Made by a program: the position numbers and the translations under genes. 64,000 bases of DNA from Sminthopsis crassicaudata (taxonomy: Eukaryota), in NCBI RefSeq assembly GCF_048593235.1, contig NC_133619.1:40252454-40316453 (forward strand), written 5' to 3'. Numbering within the stretch: the first letter of the stretch is position 1; every line of letters begins with the position of its first letter. The notes below the pieces were generated by a model. The model was given only the letters and a program-made list of their open reading frames with translations. It was not told the origin of the DNA and did no database searches. Positions 50,906 through 63,852 of the stretch are shown here, one piece after another.

Positions 50906-51921
50906 GATTTTGGTCTAGGTTTGCTAAATTTAGCACTGACAAAATGGTAACCATACCAGTGGGACCAGAGACTTGCACCCTAATCTCCATAATCCCTGGG
51001 GGAGAAAAAGCATCTGTATGGGGTATTCTGATGCCAAAGAGAAGTAAAATTCCTATTTGCTTACCACATGGATCTTTTTTTAGGTTCCACCAGGACTGTG
51101 TGAGTTATTGTTCATCCTAGGACTTTTTAAGAGATATTAAAAATATTTCAGATAATTTTAGAAGACTTCAATACACAGTAAATATAAGAAAATTTTAATG
51201 AATTTTGCTTGTTTCATTCTGATTCTAATTAATTATTAAAAGAAAATTCATGTTTAAAATAAACAAAGAAGACTTCAATACATACATAAATGAATTTCAG
51301 AGTGATTTCTCCAAGGCAGGGGAAAAATGGTTTTGAAATCTAATTGTGAATTCTAAGGATTATATTCCTAGACAGACAGCACACTTCCTATCTTGGACAA
51401 GAGGGAAATTATTGTGAGATCTAAGCCATAGGTAGATTTCTTGCTGGTGCAGAAGTTTTAGAAGGAGACAGCAGCAGAAGAGTTATTATTATTATTGGCA
51501 GCAACATAATGCTGGATAATTTTAATAGAAACTAATAATGGGATGGGGTGGGGTGGATGCAATGACAACTTTTCCCTGATCCCTTCCCATCCGCTAAAAG
51601 AATTCTGATGGAACTGAATGTTCTGGACTTTCCTTTGAGAACCATGGAAAATCTTCCAGAAGGTTTAACTCACCCAACTCCCCACTGCCTGTTGCTGGAG
51701 GGTGCTTTATTATATGGTCTTCTCAATTTCTTAAAACTATTTCCAGATTTTCTTTCAGGTAGAAATGATGGTCAGTGATAATTATTATGTGATACACACC
51801 TGTATGTTAATTATGTACTTGAGGGAGAGATTAGTTGGGAATTCACACAATTCAACTAGAATGAATGTACTTGGTTCAAAATAATTAAAGTCATTCTCAC
51901 TTGGGGGTTCTGAGTTCTAAT

Positions 51922-52335
51922 TGTAAGAATCTCTTAAGGTTCTTGATGCTTATTGCAAATAGATGTTCCTAAATAGCAGCTGAACCATGAGAATCAGGAC
52001 CATTGTAGCCCTGGGATTAAGGAATCAGAATATAAGAATCAAAACCCTTGTAGTCCTGGGATTAAGGCATCAGAACCCTAAGAATCAGGATCAGTGTAGT
52101 CCTGGGATTAAAGAATCAGAACCATTGTCCTCAGGGATAAGGATTCATTGCTGAACTTCAATCAGGGGTTTGGGTTGGATTAAGAGAGTTCCATGCCTCT
52201 CAGGCTATCAGAAGGCAGGAAGGAGAAAGGTTTGATCTGGAGAGAATCTCCCCTTCCACAGGTCCATGGTGGGAGAGAATAGGATTAACCTCTAGTTGGT
52301 ATGCAGTAAAGTTAAATTGCAAACAGTGGCTAACT
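51922..52335 (+). mobile_element. Possible solo LTR with an internal tandem repeat of about 45 bp
   Basis: TGTAAG start; three units of about 45-46 bp (AGAATCAGGACCATTGTAGCCCTGGGATTAAGG...) at 51990-52140; AGTAAA near 52305. The right boundary is not resolved. Confidence 0.4.
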
Positions 52336-52339
52336 CGGC

Positions 52340-54144
52340 TCAAATGCCAGAGAGAGAGGGAGGCAAGACAGAAAAACTATTAGGGAAGAATCCAAAATGA
52401 GATTTGGGTTTAGTTGATTCTCTAGGGTTCTCTAAGTATACCATCATATCATCTTCAAAGAATAATTCGGTTTCTTCCTTATCTACTCTAATTCCTTTAA
52501 TCTTCTTTTTTTCCCCTCTTATTGCCAAAGCTAGCATTTCTAATATAATATTGAATAATAATGGTGAAAGTGGGCAACCTTGTTTTACCCTTGATCTTAT
52601 TGGGAATGGTTCCAGTTTATCCCCATTGCATACGCTGCTTGTTGATGGTTTTAAATAGATGCTACTGATTATTTTAAGGAAAAGTCCATTTATTCTTTTA
52701 CTCTCTAGTGGTGTTGGATTTTATCAAATTTTTTTCTTCATCTATTGAGATAATCATATGGTTTTTGTTAATTTGGTTATTGATAAAGTCAATTATGCCA
52801 ATAGTTTTCCTAATATTAAACCAGCCCTGCATTCCTGGTATAAATCCTACTTGGTCATGGTGTATTATCCTGGGATGATTTTCTGTAATCTCTTTGCTAA
52901 TATTTTATTTAAGATTTTTGCATCAATATTCATTAGGGAGATTGGTCTATAATTTTTGTTCTCTGTTGTCATCCTACCTGGTTTAAGTATCAGTACCATG
53001 TATCATAAAAGGAATTTGGTAGAATTCCTTCATTCCCTATTTTTTCAAATAGTTTATATAGTATTGGAGTTAATTGTTCTTTAAATGTTTGGTAGAATTC
53101 ATATGTAAATCCATCTGGTCCTGGGGATTTTTTCTTAGGGAGTTGATTAATAGCTTGTTCTATTTCTTTTTCTATAATGGGATTATTTAAGTAATTCATT
53201 TCCTCTTCTGTTAATCTGGGCAACCTATGTTTTTGTAGGTTTTTCTCCATTTCACTTAGGTTATCAAATTTATTGGCATAAATTTGGGTAAAATAACTCC
53301 TAATTATTATTCTAATTTCCTCTTCATTAGTGTAAAGTTTTCCCTTTTCATTTTTTGAGACTAACAATTTCACTTTCTTCTTTCCTTTTTCTAATCAAAT
53401 TAACTAAAAGTTTATCTATTTTATTTTTTTTATAAACAAACTCTTAGTTTTATTTATTAATTCAATATTTTTTTGCTTTCAATTTTATTAATCTCTTCTT
53501 CTATTTTTAGAATTTCAAGTTTGATATTTGATTGGGGATTTTTAATTTATTCTTTTTCTAGCTTTTTTAGTTGCAATCCCAATTCATTGATCTTCTCTTT
53601 CTCTATTTTATGCAAGTAAGCATCCAAAGATATAAAATTTCCCCTTCTTATCACTTTGGCCACAACCCACAAATTTTGGCATGTTGCCTCATTATTGTCA
53701 CTGTCTTGGATGAAATTATTGATTGTGTCTATGATTTGCTGTTTCACCCATTCATTTTTTAGGATGAGATTGTTTAGTTTCCAGTTACTTTTTGGTCTAT
53801 TTTCCCCTGGACTTTTACTGAATGTAATTTTTATTGCATTGTGATCTGAAAAAAAAAAATGCATTTGCTATCTCTGCCTTTCTGCATTTGATTCTGAGGT
53901 CTTTATGTCCTAATATATGGTCAGTTTTTGTATAGGTTCCATGAACTGCTGAGATAAAAGTGTACTCCTTTCAGTTTCCATTCAATTTTCTCCAAAGAAT
54001 CATACCTAGCTTTTTTTTTTTTTAACATTTTGTTTATCTCTTTAACTTTTTATGTATTTTGTAGTTTGATTTATCTAGTTCTGAGAGACTAAGATTGAGA
54101 TCTCCCACTATTATAGTTTTACTATTTTTTCTTGCAGCTCTTTT
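52340..54144 (-). mobile_element. L1 ORF2 fragment (endonuclease, Z region, part of RT), decayed with deletions
   Basis: SDHNAIK...[36 protein letters not shown], and F(E)[10 protein letters not shown] in the ORF track. Confidence 0.95.
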
Positions 54145-54161
54145 AAGAAGTTTGCGTTTAA

Positions 54162-54688
54162 ACAGGATGATTTCAGAAAGGCCTGGAGAGACTTACATGA
54201 ACTGATGTTGAGTGAAATGAGTAGGACCAGGAGATTGTTGTATACTTCAACAACACTACTATATGATGATTGATTCTGATGGATGTGGCTCTCTTCAACA
54301 ATGAGATGAACCAATCAATTCCAATAGAGCAGTAATGAATTGAAGCAGCTACACCCAGAGAAAGAACTCTGGGAAATGACTATGAACCACTACATAGAAT
54401 TCCCAATCCCTCTATTTTTGTCCGCCTGCATTTTTTATTTCCTTCACAGGCATTAATTGTACAGTGTTTCAAAGTCCTCTTCTTTTTATACAGCAAAATA
54501 ACTATTTGGACATGTATACATATATTGTATTTAATTTATACTTTAGCGTATTTAACATGTATTGGTCAACCTGCCATCTGGGAAGGGGGGAGGAGGGGAA
54601 AAATTAGAACAAAAGGTTTGGCAATTGTCAATGTTGTAAAACTAACCATGCATATCTCTGGTAAATAAAAACTATTTAAAAAAAAAAA
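54162..54688 (+). mobile_element. 5'-truncated L1 insertion with poly(A) tail and 17-bp target-site duplication
   Basis: TSD AAGAAGTTTGCGTTTAA (54145-54161) and AAGAAGTTTGGGTTTAA (54687-54703); the target TTTT/AA fits the L1 endonuclease preference. Confidence 0.9.
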
Positions 54689-57059
54689 GAAGTTTGGGTT
54701 TAAGGAGTAAAATCACCTTGTCCAATAGTCCAATAATTTGAAGGTTTATGTGCATGTCGGTGGAGACAGGGGAAGAGTTCATGAAGGGCAGAAACATAGT
54801 TAATGAATGGAAGGCAGGCTTAGAAAATCCCATTCTGGCTTTACTATTTAATATCTATGTGGTTCTGAGCAACTCAGGCCACCTTTCTAGGATTGTTTCT
54901 TCACTTGTTTTATTGCCTGGACTCTATGATATCAAAAGTCTTTTCTGGTTCTAAGTCCTACAGTCCAAGGGGTGAGAGATCCACCTCCTTTTACTCCTCT
55001 CTCCCCTCCAGCCCTGCTCTCTAGCCTTTATCTGCCACAAATGGTTTCCATTGGCCATCCTGGAGAGTTTAAGCAAATCCTGGATGGGGGAGGAGGAGAG
55101 AAGACCTTTCTTAGATGATTTCTCCTGACATTTCTGCCTCCTCTTCTCAGCCAGTCCCTGTGGGTGGTCTCTTGTCTTTGGAGACAGTACAACCTCCTGG
55201 CAAGTTTTGACAATTTTAGTTCTCTGGAATTCCATGAAAATGAATAAGGAAGAAGTATTTAAGAAAAACAAAACAAAACAAAAAAAAAACCTGGTCTTGA
55301 ATTAACCCTCCAGCCCAGAATGTGATCACGGAGTATAAAACTCCTCCACAATGTCCTTGTGAGTATGGCACCTCAGTCAAGGAGGGAATGGCAATTAGCT
55401 GAGCAAACATTAGCCACGAACCTGGGGACACTAGCCCTGACCAAGTCCCTTTGGTCAGTTGTTCTAAGGGCAGCCAAACCCTTTGAGTGCCTTTCCCACA
55501 TGTGTGTCTTACTATGTACCTCCCTGCCAATCTGGTCTAAGTTTATATCCACTTTTTACAAGGACTTGAATTAGCTGTAAAAATGTAGCTAGACCCACTA
55601 TACCTAGTATTTCCTTTACAGGAGGGGAATAGTATGGGGGGGGTTGTCAATGTACTGTTCCTATACCCACAATACTTTATGTTTGCATTATGGGCTATGA
55701 GGATGGGCTTGGGGCTAATCAATGACAAATTTTCCTATATTCAGATGGCTTTTAACAAAGATCTGGGTTAAAGATATTTGGAATTTGACTAACATTTTAG
55801 TTTTAATTGGAATCTTCAAAATTCCCCTGCTCTGCTGAGAAGAAGCATTTTCTGGGCTGCTGGCCAAATGGGCAGTAGGGGCTAAGCCGGACTGAAAAAG
55901 TGGACACAAAGGTCATTCTTGCTCTGTGTCTCTGAGCATCACCCTCACGGTCCACTTAAATCTCCCCAGGCTTCTATTCTTCACCTCTTGGACCATGGAA
56001 ATAATAATGAGTGTTTATTTGCTCTAGCTCTGGGAGACAGGCTATGGCTGCAAGCAAACAGCAGGGGAAAAACAAAACAAAACAAAAGAAAGAAACCCCA
56101 CACATTACAGAAAGCTGTCTTTAATATTGCATAGTCTTGAGGTGAGCATTTATTTATAGGAATATATTTGAAAACAGAAACAAATATGAGAATGAGACTC
56201 TTCTTCTGTCTACCATAGAGTCTTTCGATGGAAAATATTCACTCTTAAAAGAAAAAAATCAAAGGTGGAGGGGGTGGGGTATAGGGTACTAGGGATAGGA
56301 GTAGGTCCTTAAGTGCTAGAAGTTGGGTAAAGAGAAAAATGAACCAAAAGGGAACATCATAGCACAAAACTTCAGTCTAAAACAACATTCAAGCAATGGG
56401 AGAGGAAAGGAAGGAAAGAAAGTTCTAGGGGGTTTGGGGCTCAAGGATTCCTGCCCAGTTCTAAGCCTTAGCCACCAAGGTGATTTAGGGTGAAGCCTTT
56501 TTTTTCCTGTGCCATTAGTTCCCTAATCTGTAAAATGGGAATGAATAATAAAGACATGTTTCTGGGAACTGTCTGACAACAAATCCTCAGAGGCTCTGTC
56601 TGGAAGAGAAAGACTTTGTAATATTGGCCATTTGCTTTCCATAAAATGAATTAAAATAGCAATATTCATGGATGGATAGTTTCCAAGAGAATTCACTGTC
56701 ATTCCAAATCTTTCACAGTAATTCTAGAATCAATAATTGGCCCTGAGGAAGTGCTTTCTCTGTTTGTTGATTGACCGATGGATTCATTACTTTCCTATAG
56801 AGACCTCTGAGAGCTTAAATGTCAGTCTTTGGGAGCATTCTTGTACAGAATGCAGGTCATGGACTGTATCCCTTCTGATTTTACAGATGGGGAAAGTGAG
56901 GCACAGAAACAGGTAGTGACTTACCCTAGATCACACAGAAAGTCAGTGACAAATGCATGAGCCTTCAGGGACAGGGGACCTGGGCATCTGGTCTGCCCTC
57001 CAGAACATGCATTCTCCCAGAAGCACAAAAGAACAAACGGAGATTTTGAAGGTGAGTGT

Positions 57060-57420
57060 TGAAAGTTATGAATCTAAATAAATACTTAATATCACTTTTT
57101 TTAAAAAACCCACAAAGATTGTGTGGTGATCAACTATGATCAATTTAGTTCTTCCTAGCAATATAGTGATTCAAGATAATTCTAAAAGACTTTGTATGTA
57201 AAATGTCATCTGTATCCAAAGAAAGAACTATGAAGACTGAATGTCTCCATTCTATTTTGATTTTTTTTTTATTTCTTGTTATCTCTTGGTTTTTCCTTTT
57301 TGTTTTAATTTTTCTTTCCCAACATGACTCATATGGGAATGTTAAAAAAAATAAACAGAACCTTTCACTTTGCATTAAAAAAAACAGATATGAAAGACAT
57401 ACGTAGAAAATCTTCATATA
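57060..57420 (+). mobile_element. L1 3' UTR fragment
   Basis: TATAGTGATTCAAGATAATTC...CATCTGTATCCAAAGAAAGAACTATG motifs. Confidence 0.65.
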
Positions 57421-58921
57421 AAATTTTAGATGAAAAAATGAGTTGCCTTTGGCAATGGCTAGATCAAGATGATCACAGATTTAAGAGCTAGTTGGGAACT
57501 TAGAGATCCATTGTCTAGTCATTCTCTCTCCATGTGGAGCCCAGAGAAGGGAAGTGATTTACCCATCCTCTCACAACTGAAAAAAGCAGAGGGTTGGAAC
57601 CCAAACCTTCTAAACCCAAATCTAGCGTTCTTTCTTTTGCACCATTCTCTTTCTTCAGTGGTGGTCTGATGGTGTGGTTAATAATGGCTTCTTTCAGATG
57701 TGAGGTCAGGAAAGGGACATGCTCAGTCATCAAAGAACGGGAATGGAACTAAGGGCTCCCACAACAACCTGGGATGGGGCAAGAATGTTGAATGCTCTCT
57801 GTGCCCTATCCAGGGCTGCCCCTGGATGCAGAAGAGAGAGATGTCTTAGAAAGCTGTCTACCTGCTTTACTAGAGTAACTGTTGATTTTATATGACACTT
57901 TAAAGTCTGCAAAAGACTTTGTGGACCTTGAACCTCACAACAGAGTAGGTACTCTGGATATTCTCGTTTCAATTTTACAGATGAGGAAATTGAGGAAAAC
58001 TCAGAGAAACCGAGTGACTCACCCCTAGTCACTCTACTAATTTTAAGGTGAAATTGGAACTTGCTGACTCTAGCACTCTACCCATTATTACATGCTGCTT
58101 GGGTGACATGGTCCTAAAACATAAAACAAGCATTCGTTCAGAGAGCACTTAGCTACTTAGTGACATGATTATGTCTTCTGGGTGTTTCTCAGCTCCAAAA
58201 ACCTTTGGCAATGAGTCTCAGGACACATTCATGATCCGGCACAACTAATATTTGCAGCAAAGAGTTAGTTCTTGTTTATGAAAAGGGAAAAGGGGAGGTG
58301 ATGTGCTGTGGGAAGCTTGGGGCCCCTTTGGAGAAGTGGAGGAGTTACCATCATGGTAGAGATGAATAATTCAAGCTTAAACAGGCTGAGTAAGGGAGGG
58401 ATGATACAACAGAAGCCCCATTAAATTAAACATTGAGTCTGATTACAGAAGAGGCAAAAGGGAAACGGAACAAGGAGAAATGACCGTTCTTAGTGGGGAT
58501 ATGATAGTGGAGGTGTTCACAACCAAATCTTTTTGTAAAACAGAGAAATGACAAGTTGGCAGCTGTGTGATTTCATAAAGTGTCAGAGTGATTGATCTTA
58601 GAGCTCATCCAGTACAATCTCTTTATTTTACAGAGGGATTGAGTGATTTGCCCAATGTGGCACAGTTGGGACTAGAACTAAAGTCTACTGATTTCCCAGT
58701 CAGAACATTTCTCATTGCACTGCCTTAAATCTGTGGCAGGATCCCATTGCTTTTTACAACAACAAAACAAAATCTCGAGGTATGTATTCGCTGGCTGAAT
58801 ACAGAGCCCACAATGGGTGAGGATGATGACAGCTAGAAGCTGTTTTGTCACCAGTTTTGGATGGATGGATGGTCTTCTTTCCACCAAAGTTTGTGTTTCA
58901 GAAACAAAAAGGTGGTCTTAC

Positions 58922-59025
58922 CTTAATCCCACCTTTGGGTTTCTTGATGCTTTTCTTTTTCAACAACTCTGCTTCATTGACTGTCTTGGGAGGACAAGGA
59001 ACTTCAGATATCCTCCTACTGGGAG
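58922..59025 (-). CDS. MCF2L2: MCF2L2 coding exon (spectrin-to-DH linker), 104 nt, phase 1 to 0
   Basis: tttgttttctcag|(x)PSRRISEVPCPPKTVNEAELLKKKSIKKPKGGIK|gtaag. It is open, and phase-compatible with exon 39578-39666 (K|IEVMHE; human K|FEVKSE as recalled). Confidence 0.78.
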
Positions 59026-59219
59026 CTGAGAAAACAAAGAAAAACCTAGATTAATTTGGCATAAATATGGCATAATGGCAACAACAGGGCTAATGACTTT
59101 ATCTGCTTTCTTGAAGTACTGAACTAGCCTCCTGGTTGGTCTTTGCATATATAGCCTGTCCTTTTCCAATCCATTCATCTATAGTTAATAAATTGATATT
59201 TAAAAAATATGGGTCCAAC

Positions 59220-59372
59220 TGGGAACAGCTAATTGTCATGGTGGATAGAGTACTGGCTCTGCAGTCAGGAGAACCCGAGTTCAAATCTGACCTCAGACAC
59301 TTAAAACTTCCTAGTTGTGTGATCCTGGACAAGTCACTTGACCCCAGTTGCCTCATCCCACCCCCCCAAAAA
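59220..59372 (+). mobile_element. WSINE1-like SINE
   Basis: tRNA-like head with B box GAGTTCAAATC, the CORE segment and an A tail. Confidence 0.85.
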
Positions 59373-59479
59373 ATATCAATCCAACCATTATCACTTTCCT
59401 ATTCTAGAAGCTTCAGAGATTCTCTCCTTATCACCCAATTATCTTCTTTATTGCTTATTAATCTTAAAAATAAAACAGC

Positions 59480-60250
59480 AAAATCCTCTAAGCCCTTCCA
59501 TCTCTTCAACCTATCCTCCTTTACCCATCCTTCCAGTCTTAGGTAAACCACCAAAATCCAGTGCCTCCACTTTCTCTTCTTTCACTCACTTTTAAACCCT
59601 GGAAGTGTCTGACCCCAGCTCTATATGAAACCTCTCTTCAAAGGTACTGCCAAATTGAATGGCTTTTTCTCAGTCCTTCTAGACTTCTGTTCAACATTTG
59701 ACACTGTTGACTGGCCCTTCCTTGGGGATCCTGGCCCCTCCTTGGGGATCCCCTCTCCTCTCTGGGTTATTATGACACAGCTCCCTTGGTTCTCCTCCCA
59801 TCTCTCCACTTGTTCCTTTTCCAGACTTTTTGGCTGGTTCTTCATCCACATTACCACTTAATTATGGTCATAGCCCAAGACCCTCTCTTGTGCCCTTGGC
59901 TATCCTCTCTATAAGAATTCTCTCACTCTCATTGGTTCTCACAGGTTGCATTATTATCTCCCAATTCTCTTTTTCTATAAAATTCTAATTGTAGTCCCTT
60001 TTCTTCTATTTGGCCTAGAAATTGCTCTACTCTACATAGATATATGACTCCCAAGCTTTCATCTTAGTCTTTTTCCTGAGATCCATTTCAATATCTCCAA
60101 AAGCTCACTAGATACTTCCAACTTTACATATATAATCAACCGGTTCAAAGCTGAACTCATTTTCTTTCTCCCCTAAATCCTCCCATATTCTGAACACCCT
60201 CATATCTCTCAAGTGCCTTACTATCCTTCTAGTTATCCACGTTTCCAATC
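59480..60250 (+). mobile_element. L2 ORF2 relic
   Basis: LLDFCSTFDTVDWPFL (from the L2 RT motif AFDTVDH) in ORF 59625-59861, with pyrimidine-rich L2 texture. Confidence 0.7.
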
Positions 60251-61849
60251 TGGCAAATGCCAGGTATTGTTATTAGTAACTAGAACAATCATTAAAAACT
60301 TCAGAATTATTTTAAAATTGTGAACAAAAAGGAATGCCACATTTGTCTCAATTGTAGGAAGGCACAAATTGAAGAAATTGTTAAATACCAAAGTGTGTCT
60401 GGATTATCTCCAAGTTTAAATAGAATTTGCTCAACAAAAGCAATTATCTCTGAAATAAAAAGAAATAATAGGGAAAATATTTGTAGCAGTGGATGGAAGT
60501 TTCAAAGACACAAATTCAGGCTTGACGTCAGGAAATTTTCTCCACAATTAGAAATGGGCTGCCTTGGAAGTCAATGGGAAATCAGAAAGCCAGCTTCCTT
60601 CAGAGCTCACTCAGGCACAAGGTCCCTTCCTGCTCCCTCTGGATCTTAGTTTTCCTTTTATTGAAATAACTTTGCATTAAATTGTGTTCACTCATCTGCT
60701 TGTATATTATATCATCTTCCATAAGATAGAAACTCATCAAGGAGTAGAAAGCTTTTACCTTTGTCTCTGTATCCTTAGCCTACATATTACAGAGGAAGCT
60801 TAATAAGTGATTGTTAATTTGATTTTAAGATTTCCAATGAGAAGGAATCCACGGGGACCTCAGAAGAAGCTCATGATATTCTGTAATGGTTCTGATAGTT
60901 CAATTTTTCAATATACCAAGCCTGAATTTGCCCCTTTGTATCGTCCACTTTCACTGAACTGAGTTCTTCCCTCTGTATTTAAATAGAAAAAAAAAAACCA
61001 AAAAACAACCCAATTCTTCTTCCACATAACATTTCCTCAAAAATTCAAATAACTTCTCATGTCTCTCCCAGCTCTCCCTTCTTCAGGCTAACCACCCTCA
61101 ATTTCTCCACCACCCTCATCATCCTTTCTGGACACCCTTCATCTTATCAAGGACCTTCCTAGAATGAGGTGACCAGGGCTGAACATAGGACTCCAGGTGT
61201 GGTTCATTGAGCAGAGGACCAGGTCACCTCTGGGTTCGTAGAAGCTGTCTATGGCTCAGAGTAGCCTCAGACCACATAAACATAGGTCCATGACAATGAA
61301 TGCCAGACCTGGAACCCAGTAGAAATTCTACCTGGGTTGGATGAGTCAATGCTGAATTTTAGAAGAAACTTTACCATGTGGGGGCTAGAATGAAGCTCTC
61401 TGATCATTGATAGCAGCAATGTAAACATGACACCGGTTGCTGCTCTTAGAAAGGCAGACGCTGGCAGGCTAATGAAAAACCACTTGGCTATAGCTCAGAG
61501 AGATAGAGGCAAGATGAGAGCAGCCTTCACAGGAATGGGGTCTCCAGAGCTTTTATGGACAGAAGATTGTCACTTGCCACCTTAGGCCCTTATACTCTGA
61601 TGGTAATCTTTGGTTAAAAAAAAAAAAAAAAAAGTTTGGCCTTACATACCCAGGTTCCCAGCTATAAATTCAGAAGGACCTGTTGAAATTCAGCTCCAAT
61701 TATCATGCATGGCAGCTGGCCAGCCCCGTGAAGTGAGACCTGGACCTGAGTTCAAGTGTGACTTGGACCTCATGTGTAAAATGGGATTAATAATAATAAT
61801 ATCTACCTTCCAGGGTTGTTGTGAGGATCAAGGAAGATCATATTTGTTT

Positions 61850-62210
61850 CTTTTTCTATTATACACATTTTTTAATTAAAGCTTTCAAAACATATGCATG
61901 GATAATTTTTCAACAGTGACCCTTGCAAAACCTTGTGTTCTAAATTTCCTTCCTCTTCCTCCCACCCCCTCCCTAGATGGCAGGTAATCCAATATATGTT
62001 AAACATGTGCAATTCTTCTATACATATTTCTACAATTATCATGTTGCACAAGAAAAATCAGATCAAAAAGGAAAATAAAATAAGAAAGAAAATAAAATGC
62101 AAGCAAACAACCACAAAGAGTGAAAATGCTGTGTTGTGAACCACACTCTTCCACAGTCCTCTCTCTGGATGTCAATGGCTCTTTTCATCACAAGATCATT
62201 GGAACTTAAA
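61850..62210 (-). mobile_element. L1 3' end
   Basis: CCCTAGATGGCAGGTAATCCAATATATGTTAAACATGTGCAATT, a marsupial L1 3' UTR motif, plus a T-rich tail. Confidence 0.8.
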
Positions 62211-62689
62211 AATCTATCTATAGGGGTGGAAGGAAATTGCTCACCTATCACTCCCTCTCTAATAAAATTATAGGCCCAATTCCTATTCCTTTCTACATGA
62301 GATTTTATTTTATTTTTCCATTTTGTCTACATCTTTGCTTTTTTGTGTGTCTTCAATATTAATAAAATAAGCTGTAAATTTAATAACTTATTTAGTACTA
62401 GGAGGTCAAGGGATATGACAGAGAGAGATAGGAGTAATTATTGAAAGGATGTTTCTCCAGTTGATTAAATAAAATGACATATAATCATGGAGGCAGAAGC
62501 ACTGATTGAAAGATATGTTCAAGTTGTGTTAATCAAGAAATATATATAAGCATGCCCCCAGACTAATCTAGAGTTTGGGACATTATGAAATTAATTCAAT
62601 TAAAATTTAATGAGATTAGTTTAATTAAATTACAACTCAAGTAGCCAGCTAAGAGGAATTGACTCTAATGCTTGAATACTTGCTATAAT

Positions 62690-62900
62690 GGATAGAGCAG
62701 CCGGGGCCTAGAGTCTATTCCTGAGTTCAAATCTGGCTTCAGACACAGCTGGGTGACCCTGGGCAAATCACTTAACAGTTTTTGTCTTAGTTTCCTCTTC
62801 TGTAAAATGAACTGGAGAAGGAAATGGCAGAACATTCCAGTATCATTGCCAAGAAAACCCTAAATGGCGTCAGGAAGGGATGGACAGAAAAACAACAGAA
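62690..62900 (+). mobile_element. MAR1-type SINE (CORE plus BovB/RTE-like tail)
   Basis: The CORE is followed by GGAGAAGGAAATGGCAGAACATTCCAGTATCATTGCCAAGAAAACCC. Confidence 0.8.
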
Positions 62901-63644
62901 CAAAACGTGGAAAATGCTCGCAGTCATCAGTTACAGATCTATGAACTTGTCACCAAAAAAGTAGAAAGCCAAAGAGCTGCCAACTGAACACCAACCAGCA
63001 ATGTGGGGGCCTTCCAAAGGCCCCACTCAGTACTTTCCTGAAGGCCCCAGGGCAGCCCTGGGGGAGCAGGGCTGGGCTTAGGAACCTCTAAAGCTCAGTG
63101 CTTTCCTTAGGCCTATCCAACCCCCTGCTCCAAATTCTAGGGGGTCCCCAGGGAGCTCGCTGGTTTTGAGGTCCCCAAGCCCTCAGAACAGTTCAGGACC
63201 TTTCCTAAGACAAGCAGGGAATGATGACTCGCTCAGATAAAAGCCAACACAACAGAAAATGAGACAGAAAAGTCAGCAAGATTAGGGGAGAGATCTGAAG
63301 GGAGAGCCCTGCCTGTGGGATAAAATGCCCGGCGGGTGCTTGTGCCAGCAGCTGCCAGGCTTTCTACATCGCCAGCCTCACAAAGCAGCAATCTAGGCGA
63401 CCTGCCTGAACACCTGAGTGCTGATGCACTGGCTGTTGTCTGAATGTTCATCACAGAAGGCTCCTTGAAGAAGAATGGATTCAAATTCAGGTAGAAGAGG
63501 GCAAATCACTGGAAACTAGTTGGGGAATGGGGGAATGAGTTATAGGGCATTAATGTAATGATGTCATAGAAAATGATGAGGGGGGATGGTTTCAGGGAAA
63601 AAACCAACAACAACTAAAAACTGAAACTTGTATGGTCTGAGATA

Positions 63645-63852
63645 GATAAATAGATGGATGATGGATGGATGGATGATGGATGAAGGGATATATATGCATA
63701 GGGATAGATGAATGGATGGTAGATGGATAGGTGGATATATAAATAAATAGATGGATAGATGAATGGATGGACAATGAAAGGATGAATATATAGATAAATA
63801 AGTGGATGATGGATGGATGGATATACAGACAGATAGATGGATGGATGGATGT
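63645..63852. repeat. Compound (GATG)n/(GATA)n tetranucleotide microsatellite
   Basis: Direct reading of the sequence. Confidence 0.93.

Noticed and set aside
51671-51770. - strand frame KLRRPYNKAPSS ending at a GTGAGT donor, as a possible extra MCF2L2 exon
   Set aside because: Weak acceptor and wrong phase; exons 58922-59025 and 39578-39666 already join in frame.
52340-54688. Single twin-primed (5'-inverted) L1
   Set aside because: The + strand piece has its own 17-bp TSD, so these are two independent insertions.
6360-62900. tRNA-like A/B boxes at several sites (6360, 50761, 59220, 62690)
   Set aside because: They are SINE heads followed by CORE sequence, not tRNA genes. No rRNA, snRNA or snoRNA was recognised.
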